A DNA stretch of 64,000 nt from Octopus sinensis (GCF_006345805.1 NC_043016.1:15004001-15068000); one strand, 5' to 3'. Numbered from the stretch's first letter, positions 11,349-24,382 are shown. Translations and numbers: made by a program. Notes: generated by a model not told the origin, from the sequence alone.

Positions 11349-14300
11349 CATATATATATATATGATATATATATATATTACATGCACACACTCACACACG
11401 TCTATGTATGATATCAATATGTAATTGAATTTTCAAAGCACTGTACCGTTTTGTAAGAAAATGTTTGAATATTTTTTTTTTATTTGCTTCTGTTAAAACT
11501 ATTTAAATTTAGTTATTTATTTTTATTTTGTGTATTATGTTTTTCACTGGCTTTTGTTGTTAACTAAGCTTTTTCAGTTAATTTGTAAGCTATCATATTT
11601 AAATATTTTGGAGCTTCCAGCTTAAATATACTTCAATAAAGCAAAACTGAAAAAAAAAAAAGAAAAAGAAGAAAAAAATATTGTTACACATCAGTAAACA
11701 CTCCGCCTGATGTCTTCTTCTCCTCACAATGAGATTTATAGTTTCTGAGTTACTTTTTCGTTACATTTAAAATCTCATCTACTCATTCTCAGTCAAATGT
11801 TTAGAATGTGTTTAACTTTATATAGTTTGTTCATTGAACAAAATTTAAAACACACTTCACTAATTGTTATTCAAATTTATTTTTTAATGACCTTTTTTTT
11901 TCTTTTCAATTTTCTTCAGATAATGAGGATATTTACATAGATTAAATTCTTTATGGACCTTGTGGATTTGGTTTTAATTGGATGATACCTAATTAACTTT
12001 TAATTTAAGCAATTCAATCACAATATTTCAAACGAATTGATCAAAGACAGAAATTGAGAAATACTTAAGATTTTTAGTTTTCTTTTTCTTTTAGACTATT
12101 TAATTTAAAAAGAAAAATATTATGTAAAATATTAAATCTGAAGGTTAAAAAACAAAAAAAGCCTTCATGTCTTTGGCTTACCCGTCCACTAGCAGCATTA
12201 ATGTTTTTCAAGAATGAAACTCTTAGAAATCACCTCAAAGTTATAAATGAGCCAAATAATAACTTTACTTTTAAAACTTCACCAGTAAGCTGATTCCTTT
12301 AAATTCATTATTTCTTAATAGAAAAAAAAAATGTAATTAGACATAAAAGTGGGTTAATATCTTGGACATTGTTTATTAGAATATAGTGTGTTTGTTAATT
12401 TAGTTTTTATTAGGCTATTGAATGGAAACTTCCACTCTAGTTATTTCAGTTGGTTTCATGTTTATGATAACAATTATTCCATTTAATTTAATTTTACATA
12501 AGCTTAAGAACTTTTAACGAAGCTACAAGAAATACGGAATAAAATGTTTAACCTGATTTTAGACAGTTTCTTTTACAGTAAATTTTAAAAGAGATCTATA
12601 TTAAAACCATTTGATATTGTAGAACTTCAAAGATTTTTTCGTATGCACATCATTGCAAAATATTTTTGCATTTTCAAAATCTGAATGACTACTCATTATT
12701 GCAAAGAGCAAACCTCTCTCTCTCTCTATCTATCTATCTCACCCTCCCATATTTCGTTACAGAAGCTACTTTTGCAATGAGTGTTCAACATTATCTCAAA
12801 ATGGTTGAAAAAGTAACAAGTAAATAATTATTCCATACTTATATAGCATTTAAAATATTTCCTGTTTGAATTTTTCACATGCATTGCTTGTGGCATTTGG
12901 TATAAGCTCTCATGCGAAACTTCATGTTTAAAAAGAAAAATTATGTAAAAAGAAAAAAAAAACATTGTTATTTTAATACATTCAGGTTTTATTCTACTTT
13001 TAAATAACATGAATTCATGTCTATATTGTCTATAAAGTTCTAAAATAATTGTTCTTGTTATCACTTGAAATCAGGTGTAATTGTTATATAATGGAAGATA
13101 AATAAAATCAATGGCAATAGAATTCGAGGTTTATTCAGTTTTTCTTATGAATCCAGGGAGTGAGAGTGCTGAAGTAAGTACGCTCTGATTTTGGATTGCT
13201 CTGCGACATTCCACCAACATTTGAATAATAATAATTATATTGTTCATTTGTATATCAAAAACAGATAGAAGCTTTGAATTGATAAATGCAATAGCTCTAT
13301 ACAAGAAATTTGAGTGAGTGTGTGCATGTGCATGAAAATATATATACGTGTGAGTATGTGTGTTTGTGTGTGTGTATATATATGTATGTATATATATATA
13401 TGTGTATATATTATCAAGGCAGCTAGGTAGCAGAATCATTCACACCAGATAAAATGCATAGTGGCATTTCTTCCAGTTTAATGTTTTGAGTTCAAATTCT
13501 GCCAAGGTGAACTTAGCCATTCATCTTTTGGGGGTTGATAAAATAAGTACCAATTGAGTACTGAGGTCAATATAATCAACTTGCACCCCTCAAAATTACT
13601 GGCCTTGTGCCAAAAATTAGAAAGGATTATTTTCTAGCTTTACATTCTGAATTCAGGTTCCGTTGAGACCGACTTGACCTTTCATCCCTTAAGAGGGGGT
13701 CAATACAACAAGTACCAGTTAAGCAATGGGGTCAATGCACTCTGCTAGCTCCTCCCCACAAAACATTTCTGGCCTTTCGTGTATAGTAGAAAGGATGATT
13801 ATTATTATTATTAATTTTTTTATTTTTTTTATTTTTAGGCTTTTACAAAGCTAATTTATGTTTTTAACGATGCATTTTCTCTGATTAACAATTGACTGAA
13901 AAGTTAATTATTTTCTAATTATCCTTAAAAAAACCCATTAGTGTTGTTATTTTTGTTTGTTCTTTGTTTTTGTTTCACATCTTTATGATGAATTATTAAA
14001 GAGAAAGAAAGTTCAAGAGATTGACCTACACACATTTAGCTACGGATGGCATCATTCCTCAGATATGTTTGAAATGTATGATAAAGCCAAGTTATTTACA
14101 TTCATATTAAAGAATCTAAACAAAATTGAAGTAATTTGACGAAGTACTTCAAAGCAATTGTTTGTAGAGAAGAAGAGAAAATGCACTTGTGATTTCTTTT
14201 GTTTTTAAATATTTATTTAATGAACCCAAATGACATTTGGAAATTTGAAAGTTTTTATGTGCATTTAAGAATTTTTCATAATGCCTAATATAATGAACCA

Positions 14301-14705
14301 ATTGTGAGGCTAGCCATATTTACATAGTAAATAGACACATATACTTACATAGTATATACATAATGTGTATTTAGTGAGGTTAGATATTGCACTTAGTATC
14401 AGTGATTACAATTTCTTAGAATTTGCCATCTAAATGTTTGAACAAATATCATTTGCTTATATAATAATTAGGCTACCGTGTAAAACCATGACAATAAATA
14501 TCTTTTCCAAGATCAATACTACTTTATTGTTGAATTTTTATGTTTTTTTTTCTTCTTTATTTAAAGCATTATTATAATAATTTATGCACTAAATGAATGA
14601 GTGTGTTTGTGTGTGTGTGTACTTTATTTCTACAGAAAATACAACTTTCCTACAAGGGCCACACATCTGATCAGACAGAAATCCCTATGGCTGGTAGGGT
14701 TTTCT

Positions 14706-14937
14706 GGGCGGTGAGCTGGCAGAAGCGTTAGCATGCAGGGCGAAATGCTTAGCAGTATTTTGTCTGCCGCTACGTTCTGAGTTCAAATTCCGCCGAGGTT
14801 GACTTTGCCTTTCATCCTTTCGGGGTTGATAAATTAAGTACCAGTTATGCACTGGGATCGATGTAATTGACTTAATCCCTTTGTCTGGCCTTGTTTGTCC
14901 CCTCTATGTTTAGCCCCTTGTGGGCAATAACGAAATA
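14706..14937 (+). mobile_element. tRNA-headed SINE family B; other copies at about 30118-30342, 37307-37537 and 52046-52200 (+), and 2580-2810, 5460-5690 and 30845-31070 (-)
   Basis: ggcggcgagctggcagaaacgttag...gagttcaaattcc head and central gcctttcatcctttcggggtcgataaattaagtaccag domain. Variant copies end in gtagaaaggat(tat)n. Confidence 0.8.
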
Positions 14938-16064
14938 TGAAAACCCTATGGCTTGTAATAAAACTGAGTGCACAAAACGAGACTGATTCTACATTGACAG
15001 ACTTAGATTTTTGGGCAGTTTTTCTCCTGGGTGGATGGATATATTATATCACTGTAGATTATATCACAATGTCATCTTGGTCACATCAGTTATTTTTTTT
15101 ATCATTGTATTATTTTTTATCTTTCATTTGCTTCAGTCACTGAATTGTGGCATTGCTCTGAAGGGTTGGACTCAAACAAATCAACCCCAGTACTTATCTT
15201 TTGAAAAGTCCAGTAATTATTTTGCCAAACCACTAAATTACAGGGACATAAACAAACTAACACCAGTTATGGTGGTGAAGGATAAGCACACACAGACGTA
15301 GCTATATATATATCGGGCATGGCTGTTTGGTTAGGAAGCTTGCTTTCTAACTACTTGGTTTCGGGTTCAGTCCCACTGCGTGGCACTTTGGTTAAGTGTC
15401 TTCCACTATAGCCCTGAGCCAACCGGAGCTTTGTGATTGAATTCGGTAGGTGGAAGTTACTGCCGTTTGTGTATAAGTGCGTATAGCTGCTCAGTGCCTC
15501 TCCAAAAGATAGAGAGGGATATATATATATACACACACACACAGATTCCCTTCAGTCATGAATGACTATGGGATTGCCAAACCACTAAATTACAGGGACA
15601 TAAACAAACTAACACCAGTTATGGTGGTGGAGGATAAACACACACAGACGTAGCTATATGTAAACCTGCCTTCATCTTTTGTCTATTTTCATAAAGCTTC
15701 CCGTTATATATATATATATATATACACACACAGATTCCCTTCAGTCATGAATGACTATGGGATTGCACCTAGAAAGTTCCCCTCTGAGGCACAAGTCTGG
15801 GCAAGGCTGCTTATGGAAGACCAGCTATATATATATATATATATATATTGAGGGATTATCACTCTGGACAAAATATTTCGTAAGCTCTCTGGTTTCCAGC
15901 AATGACTCTGACAAAAATAGCATTAATTTTCTTGGGTCATTCAATTTACCTCAGTTGGTCAGTAGACCAATGGAGTAAATCTATCTATAATGACTACTGG
16001 AAACAGCTGTAAGCCAGATTTACTCTAATAAAGGAATTATATGTAACAGACTGGCCCCCATGCC

Positions 16065-16210
16065 GGTGGCACGTAAAAAGCACCATCCGATCGTGGCCGT
16101 TTGCCAGCCTCCCCTGGCCCCCGTGCAGGTGGCACGTAAAAAGCACCATCCGATCGTGGCCGTTTGCCAGCCTCCCCTGGCACCTGTGCAGGTGGCACGT
16201 AAAAGCACCC
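16065..16210 (+). repeat. 63-bp tandem repeat, about 2.3 copies, inside an RTE 3' UTR
   Basis: ggtggcacgtaaaa(a)gcacc recurs at 16065, 16128 and 16191 with nearly identical intervening sequence. Confidence 0.85.
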
Positions 16211-18236
16211 ACTACACTCACGGAGTGGTTGGCGTTAGGAAGGGCATCCAGCTGTAGAAACACTGCCAGATCAGACTGGGCCTGGCACAGCCTCCTGGCT
16301 TCCCAGACCCCAGTTGAACCGTCCAACCCATGCTAGCATGGAAAACAGGTGTTAAACGATGATGATGATGAAACATTATTTTTTTAACTTGTCTCTTATA
16401 TATATATATATATATTTAATGACAGGTTTCCTTCAGTTTCCATCTGCCAAATCCACTCACAAGGCCTTTGTCAGCCTGGTGTTACAGTAGCCCAAAATGC
16501 CATGCAGTGGACCTGAACCAGATCCATGTGGTTGAGAAGCTAACTTCTTCCCACACAGCTACACCTGTGCCTATATTCATGAACTTAGTTATTGGTGCTT
16601 CTGTTTAATTTTAATTTTAATTATAGATACTTTTTACTGTATATAAGTACTTTAGAGAGTTACTGAAATTTTCAGAAGCTTGTTTTCTTCAACTTTGTGA
16701 GGTTGAAAAGCTGCTTTTTTTAATAATGGGACAGTAGAGTGAATTCTTAAAAATGGCTAAGCTTGGCATCTTTTATATTTTACTTGTTGCAACCATTAGA
16801 TTGTGGCCATGCTGGGGCACTGTCTTGAAGGGTTTTAATCAAATAAATCGACCCCAGGACTTATTTATTTTTAAAGCTTGGTGCTTATTGTATCTTTTGC
16901 CAAACCATTAAGTTACAAGGATGTAAACATACCAACACCAGTTGTCAAGTGGTGGGTGGGAACAGACACAAAAATACACATATACTATGGGATTCTTTCA
17001 GTTTCCATCTACCAAATCTATTTGTGAAGCTTTGGTCAGCCCAGGGCTATAGTAGAAGACACTTGCCCAAGGTGCCATGCAGTGGGACTGAACCCAGAAC
17101 CATGTCGCCAGGAAGCAAACTTCTTACCACCCAGTCATGCCAGCACCTATAGGATATATTTGGATAAATAGTAGAGACACCAAGATTAGTTTACTTTGAA
17201 AGGGCTGGGAGAGATTTGAAGAATTTTTTGCTTTTGGTAGCAAAGTGAAGATTGGCCAAGGTAATTTCCTTGTGTATGTGTGTGTGTGAATGCAGGAAAT
17301 TTATTTGCACAACACTGACAAGTCCTTTTAAGGGACTGGGAAGCTTGATTGCTTTTTGGGAGGTCCGGAAACTTGCAGGTTCTGTAATGCACAAATCAAC
17401 TTTTGCTTTCCTGATGATCTCGCAGCAGTAGGCAAATGCCACTCTATTGGTGATGGCAAATGGCTTCTTCAGGTGTTCTTTGCTTCCTCTGCTGCAATAC
17501 AACTTTGAAGGAACTACTTGGAGATTAAGAGATTGTGTAAAAGTTGCGAAGAGTACAAGGATCTTATAAAATGTAGTTATCTTGGACAGATCAGAGAATA
17601 TTTGTATTTTCTGCCCAGGCAGCAATTTTAGGGTAGGAATAATTCGATTACATCAACCCTGGTACTTAATTTATCAACTGAAAGGATGAAGTGCAAAGTT
17701 GACCTTGATGGTATTTGAACTCAGAACACAGTGATAGACAAAATACTGCTGAGCATTTCACCCGGCGTCCTTACGATTCAGCCAGCTCACTGCCTTAATA
17801 AATAATAATAATAATAAGTGGTCTGTCATCATCATCATCATTTAACGTCCGCTTTCCATGCTAGCATGGGTTGAATGGTTCAACTGGGGTCTGGGAAGCC
17901 AGAAGGCTGCACCAGGCCCAGTTTGATCTGCCAATGTTTCTACGGCTGGATGCCCTTCCTAACGCCAACCACTCCATGAGTGCAGTGGGTGCTTTTTACG
18001 TGCCAGACGAGTCTGGCAAACGGCCACGATTGGATGGTGCTTTTTATGTGCCACCAGCACAGGGGCCAGGTGAGACTGGCAACGGCCACGAACAGATGGT
18101 GCTTTTTACGTGCCACTGGCACGAGGCCAGTCGGGGCGGCACTGGCAACGGCCGCCCCGACTGGCCTCGTGCCGGTGGCATGTAAAAAGCACCATCCGTT
18201 CGTGGCCGTTGCCACTGCCGCCCCGACTGGCCTCTG

Positions 18237-21200
18237 TTAATATGAACAAAAAACAAAAGGCAATTAGGTGCCATGAACAAGCCTTGCTAGACAAGAACAA
18301 TGGCAAATGTAAAGCTGTCGGGAAAAGGTCGTTAGAACTTTGGAACCTGCTGGGTATGTTCCAGTTTACAGCAAATGGGATCATGAATCAGATTCGGACT
18401 AGAAGCTTTCTTAATGAGGCCCAGATTCAGATAATCAGGTAAAGCCTCCGTAGTGGTGATAACCTCAAAGAGGATAATGTAGGTGAAGATCAGTGAATGC
18501 ATAGGCAAGGTGAAGGTGGAGTAGAGGAGAGGCCGGCCAATCAATATAACGCAGAAAACCTTGTATGAACTGAGGAAGACTCGAGGATATAATGGTTACC
18601 AAGAACAGAGACCAAACCAGTGAATTTTAAAAGCTTTGACCATAACAATATAAAATGTGCAACCCAAAAGGTTGATGGGATCCTGAAATACATTTTAACA
18701 AAAGATATATTTGAAACAAGGGACTTGATTAGATCCACTTCAATTTTAGTAGGTGAACTGGTTAGAAAGAAAGAGGAAAGCAGGTGGACAGGAGGAGCGA
18801 TGGTGGAAGCGGAGAATTGAAGGCCTTATGAAAACCTTGCGTAAAGATCTGAGTCGTATAGAAGAATGATCCAAATGGCAATGGAAACATGCTAAAAAAA
18901 GGTGTGAGGACATATCTTGAAACAAAATACCAAATAGAAAAGAAAGGGTTCAAAACTGTTATCAAAACCCTAAAACGTGCAGGCAAAAACATTAAAGGTG
19001 CAACACTACACTGATTGCATATCACAGTTCCAGCAAAACAGGTTATTCTCAAATAACCAGAGACAGTTTTTTAAGAGCTTAGGAGGAGATACAGAAGATA
19101 ATATACTTCCTGAAGCAGAGGAAACCTGCAAATTCTGGAATATCTGTGGGCAAGACATTTCCCACAACCACGGTGTCAAGTGGATTTATTCTGTGAGATC
19201 CAAACTCCATCACCCTGAAGCTCAATGACAGGGCCATGTATGTATAACATTGGATGATGTAATTACACGGGTATCAAAACTGCCAAACTGGAAAGCAGCC
19301 AGATGGAATCCAAAGCTACTGGCTCAAGTGGTTTAGGTGAACACACAAATGAATTGTGTTGCAATTAGACAATTGCCTATGGAGTAGATTGTAGAGGGAA
19401 AGACAATATTGTTGATGAAAGATTGGTCAAAGGACAATGAGGTTGGCAATTACTGACCCATTGCTTATCTTAACCTCTTATGGAAAGTATTAACAGGCAT
19501 CCTCGCAGGGAAAATATATATGTTCTTTGAGGAAAACAATCTACTTCCAGTAGAACAAAAGGGACGCTTAAAAGGGCCCAAGGGTACCAAGGACCACCTT
19601 GTGATAGACAAGGTTGTAATAAAGAACTGCAAACGGTACCACAAAAACTGGTGCATGGCCTGAATAGACTTTAAAAAGGTTTACATGTTGCTGCATTCAT
19701 GGATTCTGAAAACATTTGATGTGTGGAATAGCTGAGAATGTTTGCACTGATTAAGAACAACATGCCTGGTTGGAAAACACATCTTTTCTGTATCAACCAG
19801 CACTTATCCAAGGTAACAATTAAAAGAGGTATCTTCCAGGGGGATTTTTGTTCGCTTTTGTTATTTGTTATAGCCTTGATCCCACTTTTTGTAGTTCTAT
19901 GCAAAGTTAATGTGCACTGGACCTTGTCTCAATCAACTTCTCTTTATGGATGATTTAAAACTGTTTGCTAAAGCAGAGCCTTAAATGGAGAGGCTGGTCG
20001 AGACTGAGCAGATGTGCAGCAAGGATATAGGGATGGAATTCAGTATCTCAAAGTGAGTGGGGCTCACTTTGGAACAGGGGAAAATAGCAGATTGTTGGGG
20101 CACGGAATTGCCAAACAGAGAGCAAATGGAAGACCTGGATGATGATGTACCTTGGGATCCTGGAGCTGGACAATATCTTGCACAGAGAAATGAAAGACAA
20201 GGTCACCACTGCATATTTGAAGTGCCTAAAACTTCTCTTGAAATTAAAATTCAACTCAAGGAACCTTTTGACTGCCATCAACATATGGGCTGTTGCTGTA
20301 GTCCGCTATAGTGCACTCATTCTGAAATGGATATGAGCAGAGATAAACCAATTTGATTGCACTACCTGAAAGGCAATGACAATGCATGGTGCCCTCCACC
20401 TGAAGGCGAATGTACACAGGCCCAGCGTGAAGAGGTGTAAAGGTGGACATGACCTGATTGGCGTATGAGAGTGCATCAACAGTGAAAGAAGAAACATGGC
20501 AAGGCATTTGGTAAACAGCAAACAAGACTTGCTAGAGTATGCTGCTAATGCAGAAGGATTTACCAACAATGGATTTGTGAGTGCTAACGAATTCTGATCA
20601 AAAATAGCCAATAAGAAACAAGAAACTCTACTCTGCATGGAATTACATGGTCAGTTCCACCATGAAACTAACAATTTAAAAGACCAGCAAGCATCATGGA
20701 GGTGGCCTTAAAAAGAAGACTGAAAGTTTAATCATTGCTGCCCAGGACCAGGCATTGAATACTAACTCAGTGAAAAGGGATATGTACCACACAAGTGCAA
20801 CAAACCTGTGCAGAATGTATGGGAAGAGGGTTGAAAGCATGACTTACATTGTTAGTGCTTGTGAAAGTCTTGTGCAGAAAGAGTACAAGTGCAGACATGA
20901 CAAGGTAGTGCAGAACCTTCACTGGCTACTATCATGAAAGTCGATTGGAGGTAACGGGTGCTTTGTACCAACAAACTCCAGAAAAGGTAATAACCTTTAG
21001 GAGAGACAAACATGACTACTGAATAATTGATGTAGCAGTGGCAAGAGATCAACAGATTATCATGAAAGAAAGAGAAAAGACTGATAAATATGGAGACCTG
21101 AGAATTGAGATTGCCAAGATGTGACAGCTGGGAGAGTCATGCATAAAGGTCGTTCCTGTTGTCATTGGAGCATGAGTTTCATACTAACCAACCTGAAGAA

Positions 21201-21410
21201 ACAGCTGGGAACTTTAGAAATAACCAACAATCTGGGCGTATTGCAAAAATTGGCATTACTTGGAAGAACTGCACGCATAATGCATAAAGCAGTGTCTGTC
21301 TGAGGTCCTTGTTGTGATTTGACAGACAGTACAAACCCCAACCGGTTGACACAATATCTTCAGTCAACAACATCATCATGATACTGGATGCTGTGCGAAG
21401 TCTTCAATAC
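18237..21410 (+). mobile_element. Degenerate R4/Dong-like non-LTR retrotransposon (RT plus C-terminal restriction-like endonuclease)
   Basis: Frameshifted fragments in order: N-terminal LELWNLLGMFQFTANGIMNQIR; RT IKRGIFQGDFCSLLLFVIALIPL, LLFMDDLKLF and YLGILE; degenerate CCHC knuckle CRMYGKRVESMTYIVSAC...YKCRHDKV; C-terminal KYGDLRIEIAKM and LQKLALLG. Followed by GAT/AAT tracts. Confidence 0.85.
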
Positions 21411-21451
21411 TAATGATGATGATGACGATGACAACAATGACGACGATGATG

Positions 21452-21486
<35 letters not shown>

Positions 21487-21515
21487 GATAATAATAATAA
21501 TAATAATAATAATAA
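21410..21515 (+). repeat. (GAT)/(AAT)n microsatellite; further (AAT)n at about 22071-22123
   Basis: Direct reading. Confidence 0.95.
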
Positions 21516-22071
21516 ATGCCCTGATGCAGTACCAGGCAGTGGCTCTCATGGCTTCTGATCTTAACTGATTGGAAGTGTTATCATGTACATTGTTTTGTCT
21601 TGGTATAAAAGATGGGCTACAGCAAATATTCTGTTCAATACCACAGATTTGCTTGTCAGTTGTTTGACCTTAACCAGTTGAGCATGTCCCTTAGTGGCTG
21701 ACGATATGTGCATCTCTGATCATGAGCAGAAGTAGTGGGGTAGCATCATAGCCATGTGTTGAGAGGGATTCTTTGGGGTTTCAATAGTTCACCTCTGGAA
21801 ACATGGGTGGTTCTTTCAACATCCTTAAACAACCCTTATTCAGGGACCATTTGAGCGGGATGGGCTACTCAACCTGAAGAAAATTCTAACTGGGCCCCAC
21901 CTGCAAGGTCATGTGCTGTTTATCTTGATATGAGATCACCATGTCGCGCACATATGGTTGTGATGCATGTGCCTGGTGTACCTTTATCAGACGGGTAGTC
22001 ATGATGGGTATATTGGGCTTCGTATATTTTACCCCAGTGTCACTTTGATGGCATGAACTGCTCTCTCACTC

Positions 22072-22125
<54 letters not shown>

Positions 22126-24058
22126 CCTTTTCACTAGAGGCACAAGGCCTGAAATTTTGGGGGAGGAGACTTGTCAGTTACAACATCGACCTCTCCACCA
22201 GTGTTTCACTGGTGTTTAATTTATCGACCCCCAAAAGGATGAAAGGCAAAATCAATCTCAGTGGAATTTGAACTTCGAATGTAGCAACAGTACAAAAACT
22301 GCTAAGCATTTTGTCCAGTGTACTAACAATTCTGCCAGCTCACTGCCTTACTACTACAACTATTACTACTACCGCTGCCACCACCACCACCACTGTTACT
22401 ACTACTACTACTACAACTACTACTACTACTACAAATAATAATAATAATGATGATGATGATAATGGTTTCAAGTTTTGAACCAAGGCCAGCAATATAAAGG
22501 GGGAGGGGGTAAGTTGATTACATCAACCCCAGTGTTCAACTGGTATTTACTTTATCAACCCCCAAAAGTATGAAAGGTAAAGTCGACCTCGGCAGAATTT
22601 GAACTCAGAACATACAGACGGACACAATACTGCTATGCATTTCATCCAGCATGCTAACGATTAATGATAATAAAAAACCCTTTCTATTAAAACCACATGA
22701 CCTGAAATTTTGGAGGAGGAAGAGGGGGGGACTAATCAATTACATTGCTCCCCAGTATCTGACTGGTACTTGTCATATCAACCTCGGCTGAATTTGAACC
22801 TTGCACGTATAGCTGGATGAAATGTCGCAAAGCATTTGATCCAGAGGGTTAACGATTGTCAGCTCACTACCTAATTGCAACTATTACTATTACTACTACT
22901 ACTCCTAATAATAATAATCCTTTCTGCAGTGTCTAACTGGTACTTATTTCATCAGCTCTGAAAAGATGAATGGCAAAGTCGACCTCAGCAGAATTTGAAC
23001 TTAGGTGTAAAATGAACAAAATACTGCTAGGTATTTTGGCCAGTGTGCTGGTCTTTAAATTAGAATTAAAATTAAATCATCCAGTACTTATTCTTTCGCA
23101 ATAAAACCAGAACAAATCTTTTCTGCTTGGCAGCCAATTTTCAATCTCTTCAGTTTGAGTTCAGATTTGGTGTAATGATGTAGCTTTATATGCTAATCAA
23201 TGCCATGAAATTCATTTTTACCATGAATCAATAGTTATTAGCCTTTAAAGTTCGCAAATTTTGGGTAATTTTAGCCAATTGTAAGCCACAGATACATTCA
23301 AGCCTGTTTCCATTGTAACAAGCCAAATATGAGAACCTTTTTGTCTGCGAGATAGTATGCGTTGACAAATATATATTCTGTGTGAAAGCATATGTGTCAA
23401 TGCTGGGTTCTGCTGCTTGAGCCCATCTGCTGCTTGTATCCTGGTCGAGAGATGTGCTACAAATAACAACCAAATACATACACATTTTTTTTTTTGCATA
23501 ATCACATGAATTCCCGAGCGTAGAATACAAACTCGGATCCACAAACTCAATAAAATTTTCTGAAAATTCAAAAAAATTTATGAGTTATGAGAGGTTGTAT
23601 GCTGTGCATAAAGCAGTTTGATTTATTTACAGTTTCATATAAAAACACTCCACATACAAAACGACAGCTCCCACATCCTATTTCCTGACTGGGTGAAAAT
23701 TATCAAACTTTAAACCTCTATAACGTTATTTAAAAAAAAATTCTGGAAAAAGTTAAATCTGTTATGAGATTCAGTTTGGAAAACTACATTGATACACCAA
23801 ATTTTAAAAATTTTCAATAAACTTAGAATTTTCCACAGCTCCAGACAAACAAAAAAAGATCCACCAGAACTATTACTTTCGTTTTTCTATCGTTCTTTAT
23901 TTTTTTTTTTTTTAGAAAAAAGCTGCTCAAAGTAATAAAAATTATTTTTGTTAATTAGCATCCTCTTATATACCGGTATATACATAATCAAGTTAACAAA
24001 TCGCAGTGTAAGTTAGTAGTAATGTTTCCATTCAACGCAACATTTGTTTCGTGAAAGA

Positions 24059-24068
24059 ATCACGTGAT
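24059..24068. promoter_or_regulatory. Palindromic E-box ATCACGTGAT about 315 bp upstream of the PEP mutase ATG
   Basis: Perfect 10-bp palindrome with a CACGTG core in the repeat-free upstream region. Function is inferred only. Confidence 0.3.
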
Positions 24069-24382
24069 ATGGACCAAACCAAAAGATATTTTAAAAGGGG
24101 GTGTGTGATACACCGGCTTTTAATTATTAGGTTCCCGTTCTCATTTACTTTATGAAAAATTAATAACATTAATTTTTAAATATCTTTTTAATTCACCCAT
24201 TATTATATTTAGTTTTCCTTATTTTGTTCTGATTGCTTATCATATGTCAATATGTAGCCAAACCAACGCCTAGCCTCTTACTGATATTCTAAAACAAACA
24301 CTAGAGATTTATCAAATATCCGTTTTGCAATTAATATCATCGAAAATAAATTGCAATAGCATTTAGAAAATTCCAAGCAACC

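Noticed and set aside
13157-13173. Possible 17-nt microexon (ccAG...gaa|GTaagt)
   Set aside because: It lies downstream of the CDIPT stop codon, is not frame-preserving, and has no partner exons.
16065-16210. CRISPR-like repeat array
   Set aside because: The sequence between motif copies is identical rather than unique spacers, it lies inside a LINE 3' UTR, and there are no cas genes.
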